The notes under the pieces are model-generated. The model searched no databases and had not been told where the DNA came from. It was given only the letters and a program-made list of their open reading frames with translations. The position numbers and the translations under genes are program-made. Shown here one piece after another: positions 1 to 8,500 of a stretch of DNA of 11,193 nucleotides (position 1 is its first letter; every line of letters starts with the position of its first letter). The stretch spans positions 1 through 11,193 of the forward strand of contig JBHLPW010000102.1 in the NCBI GenBank assembly GCA_048939015.1, read 5' to 3'. This stretch comes from Promethearchaeota archaeon (lineage in GTDB: Archaea > Asgardarchaeota > Lokiarchaeia > Sigyniarchaeales > SOKP01).

Positions 1-108
1 CTTATATCCAATTATGTATTCTATTAATGATTTTATATTAGTCCTCCAATACTCTTTTATAAAAAATAGATTATTGTGGAATCTAGTCTTCTTCTATTTC
101 AAAGTTTT

Positions 109-140
109 ATATTCAGAATTTTCCCAGATGGTTTTATTAA
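109..140 (+). promoter_or_regulatory. Putative archaeal promoter of ORF 162..2450: conserved upstream motif plus TATA-like box TTTATTAA (133-140)
   Basis: TTTATTAA ends 21 nt before ATG 162, spacing that fits a leaderless or near-leaderless archaeal transcript. 109-139 matches 5475-5505 at 25/31 positions without gaps. Confidence 0.6.
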
Positions 141-161
141 AGAACTATTCCTTTTTTAGCT

Positions 162-2450
162 ATGGCATATCAAAATAAAATTCAGGGTGTAGGATTTAAG
201 AATTTAGCTCCAAAACTATTTTTGTGTGGTCTATTCATAGCAACTCTTTTAATTTCATCAATTAATTATAAGGATATGTATCCTGAAAACCTTGATTGCA
301 AAAACGATTCTCTTAATTTGAACGACAATGAAATAATAATTAATACTCCTGAAAACAAAACTTATTTAAAACCTATGAATGGATATTATCCCGCGTCTTA
401 TGGATTTGAAAATGATGAGTACGGGAGCGATCCAGAAGGATGGGGGATAGATGAAGAGAATGGGGATTGCAGCATTGTTGAATTTGTAGATGACCATAAA
501 AACGTTATGAAAATAGACTCTAACTCTTCGGGTAGGGTAAGAATGCATCAATTGTTTGATACTGACAAAACTTTTGGAATTATTGAATTATGGGTAAGAA
601 TGGAGACTTCTTCATCGGATATGTATGTCAAAATTCATGAGACTTGGTCCGATGCAGTTCATTTAGCGTTAACATCAAATATGTTTTATCGATATTATGA
701 TGGAAGCTGGTACAACATAATGACCTATGATGTAAACCGATGGTATCATTTGAAAATAAAATTTGACTGTGGAGCTTCAGGAGATGGTTCCAATGATTGG
801 CATTTGTGGATTGATGGAGAAGAAAAGTCACCATTGGGAGGCTATAATTTTAGGGGAAGTCCTGTACTGATGAATTCATTATTTATATCAGCAGAATCAA
901 TAAGTACGACTTGTTATGCAGATGCAATAGGTTATTCATGGGATCCCACCTATAAAATCGGAGAAAACATGAACGAAGGATTATTATTGAGTTTTAATAA
1001 AGTATTCACAGAAGATTGGCTTGGATATTCGTTAAATGGACAGTCTAACAAAACAATTCAAGGTAATAAAACAATCCCTTTTCCTAAAAAAGATGGCGTC
1101 AATACTATTCAAGTATTTGGAAATGATACTATTGGAACGATGTATAAATCTGATATTAGATATTTCACGACTGAAATTTTCAATATCATTACCCCTGAAA
1201 ATAAGACCTATACAACATCGATGATTGGATATTATCCTGCGACCTATGGATTTGAAAATGATGTGCTTGGTGGAGATGCTATGAATTGGACTCATGATGT
1301 TGTAACCTCAACGCATTCAGAAATAATAGATTCATATAAAGGACATAAAAGAGTCTATGAATTATTTGATAATGCTGCAGGCAACCCTGATACATATACT
1401 ACATTCAACAATCAATCTTATGGTACAATTGAATTGTGGGTTCTAGTAACGATTGAACAACCTGCTTGGATTGAGATTAGAGAGGAATTTTCTGAAAGAA
1501 TCTTAGTCTGTATGATACCTTCACCTGGTAATCCACTTCTAGTGAGAATTGGCGCAGTAGATACCTATCTTACCGAATTCGGTATCCTTTCTGCAGATGA
1601 ATGGTATCATCTTAGGATCGACTTTAGAATCACAGGAGCTCCCGAATACATGGGATTATCTGAGGATTCTTTTATAGTCTATTTAAACAGTATTAAATCA
1701 AATTCAGAGATCTCTATGGAATATACATCGGTTCAAGCAAATAAATTTTTACTAACAACTACCTATTCAGTAGCAGATCCAAATTATTATCTCTATTTCG
1801 ATGCTGTTGGATTTTCTTGGGATCCTAATTATAATATTGGCGATAATTTGAACGAAGGATTATTACTTAGTTTTAATACAGCATTTACTCCAGATTGGTT
1901 AGCTTATTCTTTAGATAATCAAATTAATAACACCATTTTAGGTAATAAAACGATTCCATTTCCTACGACTGATGGGTTCCATACAATTCAAGTATTTGGA
2001 AATGATAATATTGGAACGATCTATGAATCTGATATTAGATATTTTTCAATTGATACAATAGCACCAGTAATAAGTGGAAGTGATAATCTAATTGAGTTAG
2101 ACCAGTATTCTTATCATTCATTGGATTGGACTATAAATGAAATATTTGGTGGAACGTATGTTATATTTAAAAACAGTTCAATTGAGAGTGCTGGGACATA
2201 TCAAAATAATAATGTGGTATCAATCATTGTTGATGCAACCAAGCTGGGTTATCTAAATTATACAATAATAGCTAGAGATCTAACAGGAAAAACAAATAGC
2301 CATACAGTAATCGTTAAAATTATTCCACAGAAACAAGAACCCCCAATAATACCGGGATTTAATCTATTATTTCTATTTTCTATTGTAATTATGACAACAG
2401 GAGTAATAATTAAGATTAAATTCAAGAAAACAACAAAAAAATTTTTTTGA
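162..2450 (+). CDS. Cell-surface glycoprotein: two Ig-like domains each with an inserted LamG/ConA-like cassette, a further Ig-like domain, and a C-terminal PGF/Loki-CTERM-like sorting anchor
   Basis: 762-aa ORF with an N-terminal hydrophobic signal (LFLCGLFIATLLISSI). Two modules of the form ITPENKTY..MxGYYPAxYGFE...DAxGxSWD..Y.IG.N.NEGLLLSF..DWLxYSL..IPFP..TIQVFGND. Many N-x-S/T sequons. Ends IPGF + hydrophobic helix + KIKFKKTTKK. Confidence 0.85.
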   Translation: MAYQNKIQGVGFKNLAPKLFLCGLFIATLLISSINYKDMYPENLDCKNDSLNLNDNEIIINTPENKTYLKPMNGYYPASYGFENDEYGSDPEGWGIDEENGDCSIVEFVDDHKNVMKIDSNSSGRVRMHQLFDTDKTFGIIELWVRMETSSSDMYVKIHETWSDAVHLALTSNMFYRYYDGSWYNIMTYDVNRWYHLKIKFDCGASGDGSNDWHLWIDGEEKSPLGGYNFRGSPVLMNSLFISAESISTTCYADAIGYSWDPTYKIGENMNEGLLLSFNKVFTEDWLGYSLNGQSNKTIQGNKTIPFPKKDGVNTIQVFGNDTIGTMYKSDIRYFTTEIFNIITPENKTYTTSMIGYYPATYGFENDVLGGDAMNWTHDVVTSTHSEIIDSYKGHKRVYELFDNAAGNPDTYTTFNNQSYGTIELWVLVTIEQPAWIEIREEFSERILVCMIPSPGNPLLVRIGAVDTYLTEFGILSADEWYHLRIDFRITGAPEYMGLSEDSFIVYLNSIKSNSEISMEYTSVQANKFLLTTTYSVADPNYYLYFDAVGFSWDPNYNIGDNLNEGLLLSFNTAFTPDWLAYSLDNQINNTILGNKTIPFPTTDGFHTIQVFGNDNIGTIYESDIRYFSIDTIAPVISGSDNLIELDQYSYHSLDWTINEIFGGTYVIFKNSSIESAGTYQNNNVVSIIVDATKLGYLNYTIIARDLTGKTNSHTVIVKIIPQKQEPPIIPGFNLLFLFSIVIMTTGVIIKIKFKKTTKKFF
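971..2045 (+). repeat. Diverged intragenic repeat of the Ig-like C-terminal segment (about 971-1166 vs about 1850-2045, offset 879 bp)
   Basis: Both copies start gaacgaaggattatta and end ...caagtatttggaaatgata..attggaacgat.tat.aatctgatattagatattt. The preceding inserted cassettes are far more divergent. Confidence 0.85.
2349..2447 (+). other. C-terminal protein-sorting signal (IPGF motif, TM helix, basic cluster; PGF-CTERM/Loki-CTERM-like)
   Basis: IPGFNLLFLFSIVIMTTGVIIKIKFKKTTKKFF has the tripartite layout of archaeosortase-type CTERM signals. Confidence 0.75.
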
Positions 2451-2456
2451 ATTTTT
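2434..2456 (+). terminator. Possible T-tract terminator at the end of ORF 162..2450
   Basis: T7 (2442-2448) overlaps the last codons and T5 follows the stop. C-A7-T7-G at 2434-2449 is a 16-bp palindrome, but of low complexity. Confidence 0.3.
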
Positions 2457-2462
2457 AAAATA

Positions 2463-2496
2463 TTTATAAGCAAAATTAGAATGTTGGGAAAATTCT
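2463..2496 (+). promoter_or_regulatory. Candidate promoter of ORF2: TATA-like TTTATAA (2463-2469) and an inverted copy of the shared motif core (2485-2496)
   Basis: TGGGAAAATTCT at 2485-2496 is the exact reverse complement of AGAATTTTCCCA at 115-126. Confidence 0.4.
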
Positions 2497-4655
2497 CTAT
2501 CAATTTTATTACTAATAAGGTATTATTCTTAGATGTGTTTCTTTTAATCAGATATAATATCAAAAAGAATAACAGATCTACATTAAAATTTATTCTAAGT
2601 CTTTTTTTATTAGCTCTTTTTCTAGTTCCGATATTCAGAGTTCATGAAACAAATTTAAGCTATAATAATTTCCCCCATTTAAGTAGTTCTGAGATTTTAA
2701 TTTATTCACCTGAAAACAAGACTTATAGAGGACCAATGCATGGGTATTATCCTGCAACATTTGGATTTGAAAATTATGAGGATGGAACAACAGGATTAGA
2801 TATAGGATTTTTGAATGAATATTCTGGTTTAGGTTCTGGATTGAATACAGACATAAGAATAAAACAAGCGCTATTGGATGGGCATTATAATTATTTATAT
2901 ATAAGGGATTCTCATTCAGTAATTAACACTTCAGCGGTTCATTACATAGACAATGCTCAATCAATAGGAACTATTGAATTCTTCAATCGTTTTAATAATA
3001 ATATTACTGGGTCTGCTACAAGAAGAGAATATGTATATTTTAGAGCCTCTAACAATACTATTGCTTTTCGTATGCAAATCAATCATCATAATGGAGATTT
3101 AAAATATTACAATGGAACATCTTATGAATTAATTAGTAATGTTAATGCTGATACTTGGTATAATCATAAAATTATTTTTAATTGTAATGATGGAGTAAAT
3201 GGTACATTTACTTGGATTGTAAGAGAAGAAGATGGCACTGAAATTAGTAGAGTAAGTAATATAGATTTTGAGAATAGTTTTTTTGGGAATACCATAGATG
3301 AAATTTATTTTGAAACTGAAGGAGAAGATTATGGGTTAGAAAGTATGTGGGATGCGTTTGGCTTTTCTTGGGACTCTAACTATACTATCGGTACCAATCT
3401 TAAAGAGGGGCTTTTACTCAGTTTTACTAACAATACTAACTTGAAATGGATTGGATATTCGTTAGATGGTATGACTAATAGAACTATTTTGGGTAATATT
3501 GTTATCAAGTTTCCAGAAGATGGAAGACATTCAATTCAAATATTTGGAACTGCTTCTAATGGAACAGTATATACATCAGAAAAGATATATTTTTCAATTA
3601 ATACAGAAAATTTAGGATTAAATATTCCATATATTCCTATCATTATTATTCTCAGCACAGTTGGAGTATCAGTACCCGTATCATATATTATTGTTAATCA
3701 TGAGAAAAAAAAGAAAACACAGAAAAAACTGCTACATAAAAAAGGAGTAGGAGCTATAACATCCTTAGAAAAAGCAAATATGAAAAAAGTAGGTAAATTT
3801 GCAGAAATTCCATCTATTCAAGCAAAAATTGTTGATAAAAATTTAAGGCCAATCCCTCAAGAAATTTTTGCTGATAAGGCTGAAAGAGAATTAATCGTTG
3901 ATGAAATTGATAATTATAATCTAAAAATGTTAAAAGAGTTGTGTAATGAGTGGATAGGTCAATGTGCTATGCATAAAGAGAGCTTTGAAGGTCTAGGATA
4001 TAGTTGCTACAGTTGTCATACAAATTATTGTGTTAAATGTGCTTATACGTTAGCTGAGAAAAATATCGGATGTATAGTGTGTGGGAAACTAATTCCAATA
4101 ACCTTTCAAAAGAAAATGCCAAAAACTATTCAGAAAGAAGAAACAACATATCTTCATAATATCCAGAATAGGTTAAAAAATATTTTTGAAAGTGAGGATC
4201 TCTTAGTGAGAATAAATCAGCTTGATGAAATCAACTTAACATTTTTTGATAAAGATTTCTTTAATGTAATAGAAAAACTAGACTTGAATGAAAATGAAAA
4301 GCAATTGTTTATTAAAGAAATGCAGAGTTTGACCCCAAAAGAAAGAAAAGAAATAATTAAAAAAATTTTAATTGAATCTAACAACTCTAAGATAAATGGT
4401 AATATAAATAATGAATTTAATATCCCTGCTCGAAGTGAAATACTAGAAGGAATTTTTAAAAGTGAGAATGTCATGGAAAAGATAAATGAATTTAAAAAGA
4501 CCAATCTAACATTCTTAGAAAAAGATTTCTTTAAAAAAATTGAAAACTTGGAATTAGATCTAAATGAAAAACAAGCATTTATTAAAGAAATGCTTAGTTT
4601 AACACCTGAAGAAAGAAACCATTTGATAAGGAAGTTATTAAAGAAAAGAAAATGA
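2481..4655 (+). CDS. Receptor-like membrane protein: extracellular Ig/LamG-like module, TM helix, cytoplasmic RING-like zinc finger and two C-terminal helical repeats (start uncertain; in-frame GTG at 2535 is an alternative)
   Basis: Basic + hydrophobic N-terminus (KKNNRSTLKFILSLFLLALFLVPIF). One GYYPATFGFE...DAFGFSWD..EGLLLSF module. TM helix at 3624-3695 followed by KKKKTQKK (positive-inside). Cys/His cluster at 3963-4082. Two 66-aa repeats at 4173-4370 and 4443-4640. Confidence 0.85.
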   Translation: MLGKFSINFITNKVLFLDVFLLIRYNIKKNNRSTLKFILSLFLLALFLVPIFRVHETNLSYNNFPHLSSSEILIYSPENKTYRGPMHGYYPATFGFENYEDGTTGLDIGFLNEYSGLGSGLNTDIRIKQALLDGHYNYLYIRDSHSVINTSAVHYIDNAQSIGTIEFFNRFNNNITGSATRREYVYFRASNNTIAFRMQINHHNGDLKYYNGTSYELISNVNADTWYNHKIIFNCNDGVNGTFTWIVREEDGTEISRVSNIDFENSFFGNTIDEIYFETEGEDYGLESMWDAFGFSWDSNYTIGTNLKEGLLLSFTNNTNLKWIGYSLDGMTNRTILGNIVIKFPEDGRHSIQIFGTASNGTVYTSEKIYFSINTENLGLNIPYIPIIIILSTVGVSVPVSYIIVNHEKKKKTQKKLLHKKGVGAITSLEKANMKKVGKFAEIPSIQAKIVDKNLRPIPQEIFADKAERELIVDEIDNYNLKMLKELCNEWIGQCAMHKESFEGLGYSCYSCHTNYCVKCAYTLAEKNIGCIVCGKLIPITFQKKMPKTIQKEETTYLHNIQNRLKNIFESEDLLVRINQLDEINLTFFDKDFFNVIEKLDLNENEKQLFIKEMQSLTPKERKEIIKKILIESNNSKINGNINNEFNIPARSEILEGIFKSENVMEKINEFKKTNLTFLEKDFFKKIENLELDLNEKQAFIKEMLSLTPEERNHLIRKLLKKRK
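4173..4640 (+). repeat. Duplicated 66-aa cytoplasmic domain (4173-4370 and 4443-4640, offset 270 bp)
   Basis: IFESE..NLTFFDKDFF..IE.L...NEKQLFIKEMQSLTPKER aligns without gaps to IFKSE..NLTFLEKDFF..IE.L...NEKQAFIKEMLSLTPEER. Confidence 0.9.
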
Positions 4656-4748
4656 GTCTATTACAGTTTTGATAGAGTAAAACAATGAAAAGTACTAATA
4701 ATATTTATATCATGAACTATAAGTCAAATTATACAAAAATTTCTAAGA

Positions 4749-5423
4749 ATGAATGAAAATCATCATTTAAATGTAATGGAATCTAATATAGATGTTTATG
4801 AAGATATTGTATTAGAATACATTATAGAATATCTTAATAAAAATAGATATATTGAACTTGAAATATTAATTCCATATATAAAATCTAGGATCACCAAGGA
4901 TAAGATAAATCTAAATGAGAAAGGGATATGTTTAATCCTTAAATCACTATTTCAACAAAATTTAATTACTGAGGGGTCAAAACTAACTAAAGAGGAAGTT
5001 TTAAACTCCCCTCCGATAAGAAAAGAGATTTATGAGTATATTAAAAATAATCCAGGAGTCTATTATTATAAAATTGTGAAAAAATTTAACTTAGGAAATC
5101 AATCTGCTACTTGGCATCTCGAGATGTTACTGAAATTTGATCTTATTAAAGACATGAAAATTGAGAATAACCACATTTATTACGACTCATCCTTGAATAA
5201 TAAAGATATTGAAAAATCTTTTTATCTTTCAAATGAAAAAGTTAAAACGATTCTAGAATATTTGAATAAGGATTCTAAAGGTTATACTAAGTCAGACATA
5301 TCGAATGCCCTTAATATGCACTTAAATACAGTAAAAAAATACTTGAATAAATTATTAGAATTAGAACAAATCATTTCAAAAAAGATTTCAAATAAAACTA
5401 TTTATTTCATTCAGAAATCCTAA
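4749..5423 (+). CDS. Winged helix-turn-helix transcriptional regulator (archaeal tandem ArsR-like wHTH, COG3398-like) with an additional N-terminal domain
   Basis: 224 aa. First wHTH: RKEIYEYIKNNPGVYYYKIVKKFNLGNQSATWHLEMLLKFDLI. Second wHTH: TILEYLNKDSKGYTKSDISNALNMHLNTVKKYLNKLLELEQII. TATA-like TTTATAT at 4704-4710 upstream. Confidence 0.85.
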   Translation: MNENHHLNVMESNIDVYEDIVLEYIIEYLNKNRYIELEILIPYIKSRITKDKINLNEKGICLILKSLFQQNLITEGSKLTKEEVLNSPPIRKEIYEYIKNNPGVYYYKIVKKFNLGNQSATWHLEMLLKFDLIKDMKIENNHIYYDSSLNNKDIEKSFYLSNEKVKTILEYLNKDSKGYTKSDISNALNMHLNTVKKYLNKLLELEQIISKKISNKTIYFIQKS

Positions 5424-5459
5424 ATATTAGAAAAACTTTGATACTGAACATTTATGCAC

Positions 5460-5466
5460 TTTTTTT
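5460..5466 (+). terminator. T7 tract, candidate archaeal terminator for the wHTH gene
   Basis: Run of 7 T starting 37 nt after the stop at 5423 and just before the next promoter. Confidence 0.35.
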
Positions 5467-5474
5467 CGAAAGAG

Positions 5475-5506
5475 ATATTCAAAGTTTTCCCAAATGCCTT
5501 TATAAG
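5475..5506 (+). promoter_or_regulatory. Putative promoter of the subtilase gene: shared upstream motif plus TATA box TTTATAA (5499-5505)
   Basis: ATATTCAAAGTTTTCCCAAATGCCTTTATAA is 25/31 identical to 109-139. Confidence 0.6.
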
Positions 5507-5588
5507 GTAGAATTTGTATTTTTTAATCAATCCAAATATTTTCCCTTTAATTAGGGAATTTGGAACAAAATTTACTAAAATTTTAAAG

Positions 5589-8500
5589 ATGAATATAATG
5601 AAAAATAAAAAATTAAATATTTTATCAATTCTATTGGTATCGATAATTTTAACTTCAATAACTCCATCAATAACACTATTCGGTAATTACTCTCAAGTAA
5701 AAGTGAATCCTAAATTAAGTGCCGCTATTGATATAACCTCTCCAGTAGAGGGTATGACTTATACTCCCCATATGAAAGGTTATTATCCAGCCACATTTGG
5801 ATTTGAATGTGATGACGAGGATGATGATCCTACTGGTTGGACTATTTTGGAGGAAGGTGGAGATTGTAGTGTTAAATCCGGGGTTGGCGATCATTTAAAG
5901 GTGATGGGGCTGGAATCAGCTCCAGGAGGAAGGGTACGAGTTTACCAAACGTTTGATAGTGCTAAAGCATCAGGAACTATTGAAGCATGGATAAGGAGTG
6001 ATTCTACAACAAAAGTAGTATATTTCCTAATTCAGCAAACTTGGCATAATTCAATCCATTTTGCTATGAGTGAAAATGGATACTTTCGATACTATGATGG
6101 TTCTTGGCATAATATAATGGCTTATAATGCTGATCAATGGTACCATATTAGGATCAAATTTGATTGCGGTTCTGATTGGCATTTATGGATTGATGGAGAT
6201 TCAAAGGATGAGGAAGCTGGGTATAATTTTAGAGGTAGTCCCAGTTCTATGGTTCAGTTATTTGTTAGTGCAGAGGGCGAAAATACCAACTGTTATGTTG
6301 ATGCTGTTGGATATGATTGGGATCCAAGTTACAAAATCGGTATTAATTTTCCTATGGAAGGTTATTATCTTTCGAAATTTGGATTTGAATGTGATGATGT
6401 AGATGATGATCCTACTGGTTGGACTATTTTGGAGGAAGGTGGAGATTGTAGTGTTAAATCCGGGGTTGGCGATCATTTAAAGGTGATGGGGCTGGAATCA
6501 GCTCCAGGAGGAAGGGTACGAGTTTACCAAACGTTTGATAGTGCTAAAGCATCAGGAACTATTGAAGCATGGATAAGGAGTGATTCTACAACAAAAGTAG
6601 TATATTTCCTAATTCAGCAAACTTGGCATAATTCAATCCATTTTGCTATGAGTGAAAATGGATACTTTCGATACTATGATGGTTCTTGGCATAATATAAT
6701 GGCTTATAATGCTGATCAATGGTACCATATTAGGATCAAATTTGATTGCAGTTCTGATTGGCATTTATGGATTGATGGCATCTCAAAGGATGGAGGGAGT
6801 GGTTATAACTTTAGAGGTAGCCCAAGTTCTATGGTTCAATTATTTGTAAGTGCAGAGAGTGAAAATACCAACTGCTATGTTGATGCTGTGGGTTATGACT
6901 GGGATCTATCTTATGAAGTTGGAGATAATCGACATGAGGGCTTATTACTTGATATTGACCCCAAGGGTTTAGGGACATTGAATTATCAATTAGATTTGAA
7001 TCAAGAGGTTTCTTTTTCAGATGCTACTGTAATACCATTTCCTCAAGATGGATCTCACACCATCACAGTTTCAGGTGGAGGACATACTCCTGATACGGTT
7101 TCCTTCAATACTAGTGTCATCGATATTATTTCTCCTGTTGACGGGGCACAAATTCAACAATCAGACGATGGCTATTATCCTGCAACTTATGGATTTGAGA
7201 GTGATGATGATGATATATCTGGAACAGCTATTGACTTTATAGATGATCAGTCAGCCTATGGATATTGTCAAATTAAAGCACAATATTCTGGACATAAAAA
7301 AGTCTTGTATGTAAAAGATGCTTTACCTGGTACCGGAATGAAATATCAACATTATATTGATGAATCAAAATCTATTGGAACTATTGAATATTGGTTTGTG
7401 ATGACAGACTTATATACTGGACCTAATGACCAAATCCTTTTCCATAGTTTGGACTCCAGTGATAAGGTTGGTTTTTATATTAGTGCAGGAAATGGCAAAT
7501 TCCAAGATGCTCAAGGAAACAACATAGATATGGCATATAATTATTGGTATCATATTAAAATCATATTTGATACTACTGCGGGTAATAATGGACAGTATAA
7601 CTGGTGGGTAAATGGCGTAGAACAAGAGTCTGGTGTAGAAATGATGGAAAATTCTGGAAGTATTACAAAATTAGTCATTCATAGTTATTCTACAAATAGA
7701 GGAGAAGGGTACTTTGATGCATTCGGATTTGATTGGGATTCAAGTTATGAAATTGGAGATAATCTCTACGAGGGGTTATTACTTAATTTTGAACCTGATG
7801 ATTCGGACTGGATGGGATATACATACGATGGTCAATCTCTTTTCACTTTATATGGAGATAAGGTTGTTCCTTTTACTGTCGGTGCCCATTCAATTCAATT
7901 AATTGGTAAAATTGAAGCAGACTCATATTGTTGTTCAAATTTAGTATATTATTCTGTATATCATGAACCAATACAAGATTTAGAAAGACATTGGGGACTT
8001 ACAGAGATTGATGTCGATGATGTATGGAATATCCATCATTTTAAAGGTGATGGTGTGAAAGTCTTGATCATTGATACTGGTATTGATACGAATCATCAAG
8101 ATTTATTTCTAAATTACAAAGGAGGATATGACTTCTTTAACAATGATCCGTTTCCCGAAGATCCAACAACGTTAAACTATGAGAAGGGTCATGGAACCTC
8201 ATGTGCAGGGATAATAGCGGCTATTGATAATAATTTTGGAGGAATTGGAGTAGCTCCTGAAGTAGATCTCTATATGGCTAGAATATCTAATGATTTAGCT
8301 CAAAAACAGAATGAATTAATTCATGAAGCAATTCTGTGGGGGATTGATCAACATCCTACAATTGATAACCCATTTGGTCAAATGGATGTAATATCTATGA
8401 GTCTTGCTTACTATGGTGATGATGCAAATATCATAGGTGATATCACTAACGCATGTGAGGCAGCTTATAATGCCGGTACCGTTCTAGTTGCTTCTTCAGC

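Noticed and set aside
366-1295. Short ORFs 366..551(-), 628..834(-), 1032..1295(-) and 1036..1224(+)
   Set aside because: They lie wholly inside the well-supported 762-aa gene and have no recognisable motifs, so they are shadow ORFs.
2258-2563. 101-aa minus-strand hydrophobic ORF
   Set aside because: It is antisense to the ends of two real genes, and its hydrophobicity reflects the complement of A-rich codons.
4217-4504. 95-aa minus-strand ORF
   Set aside because: It is the antisense shadow of the Lys/Glu-rich repeats, with the expected Phe/Ser/Leu bias.
5514-5588. TTG start at 5514 for the subtilase
   Set aside because: It lies only about 8 nt after the TATA box, upstream of the expected TSS. 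The signal peptide begins at ATG 5589/5598.
5778-6906. Diversity-generating retroelement TR/VR pair as an explanation of the near-identical repeats
   Set aside because: Both copies are in-frame parts of one gene, mismatches are not restricted to adenines and are largely synonymous, and no reverse transcriptase is present in the window.
6127-7902. Alternative-frame ORFs inside the subtilase gene
   Set aside because: They are overlapping shadows of the long ORF with no independent evidence.
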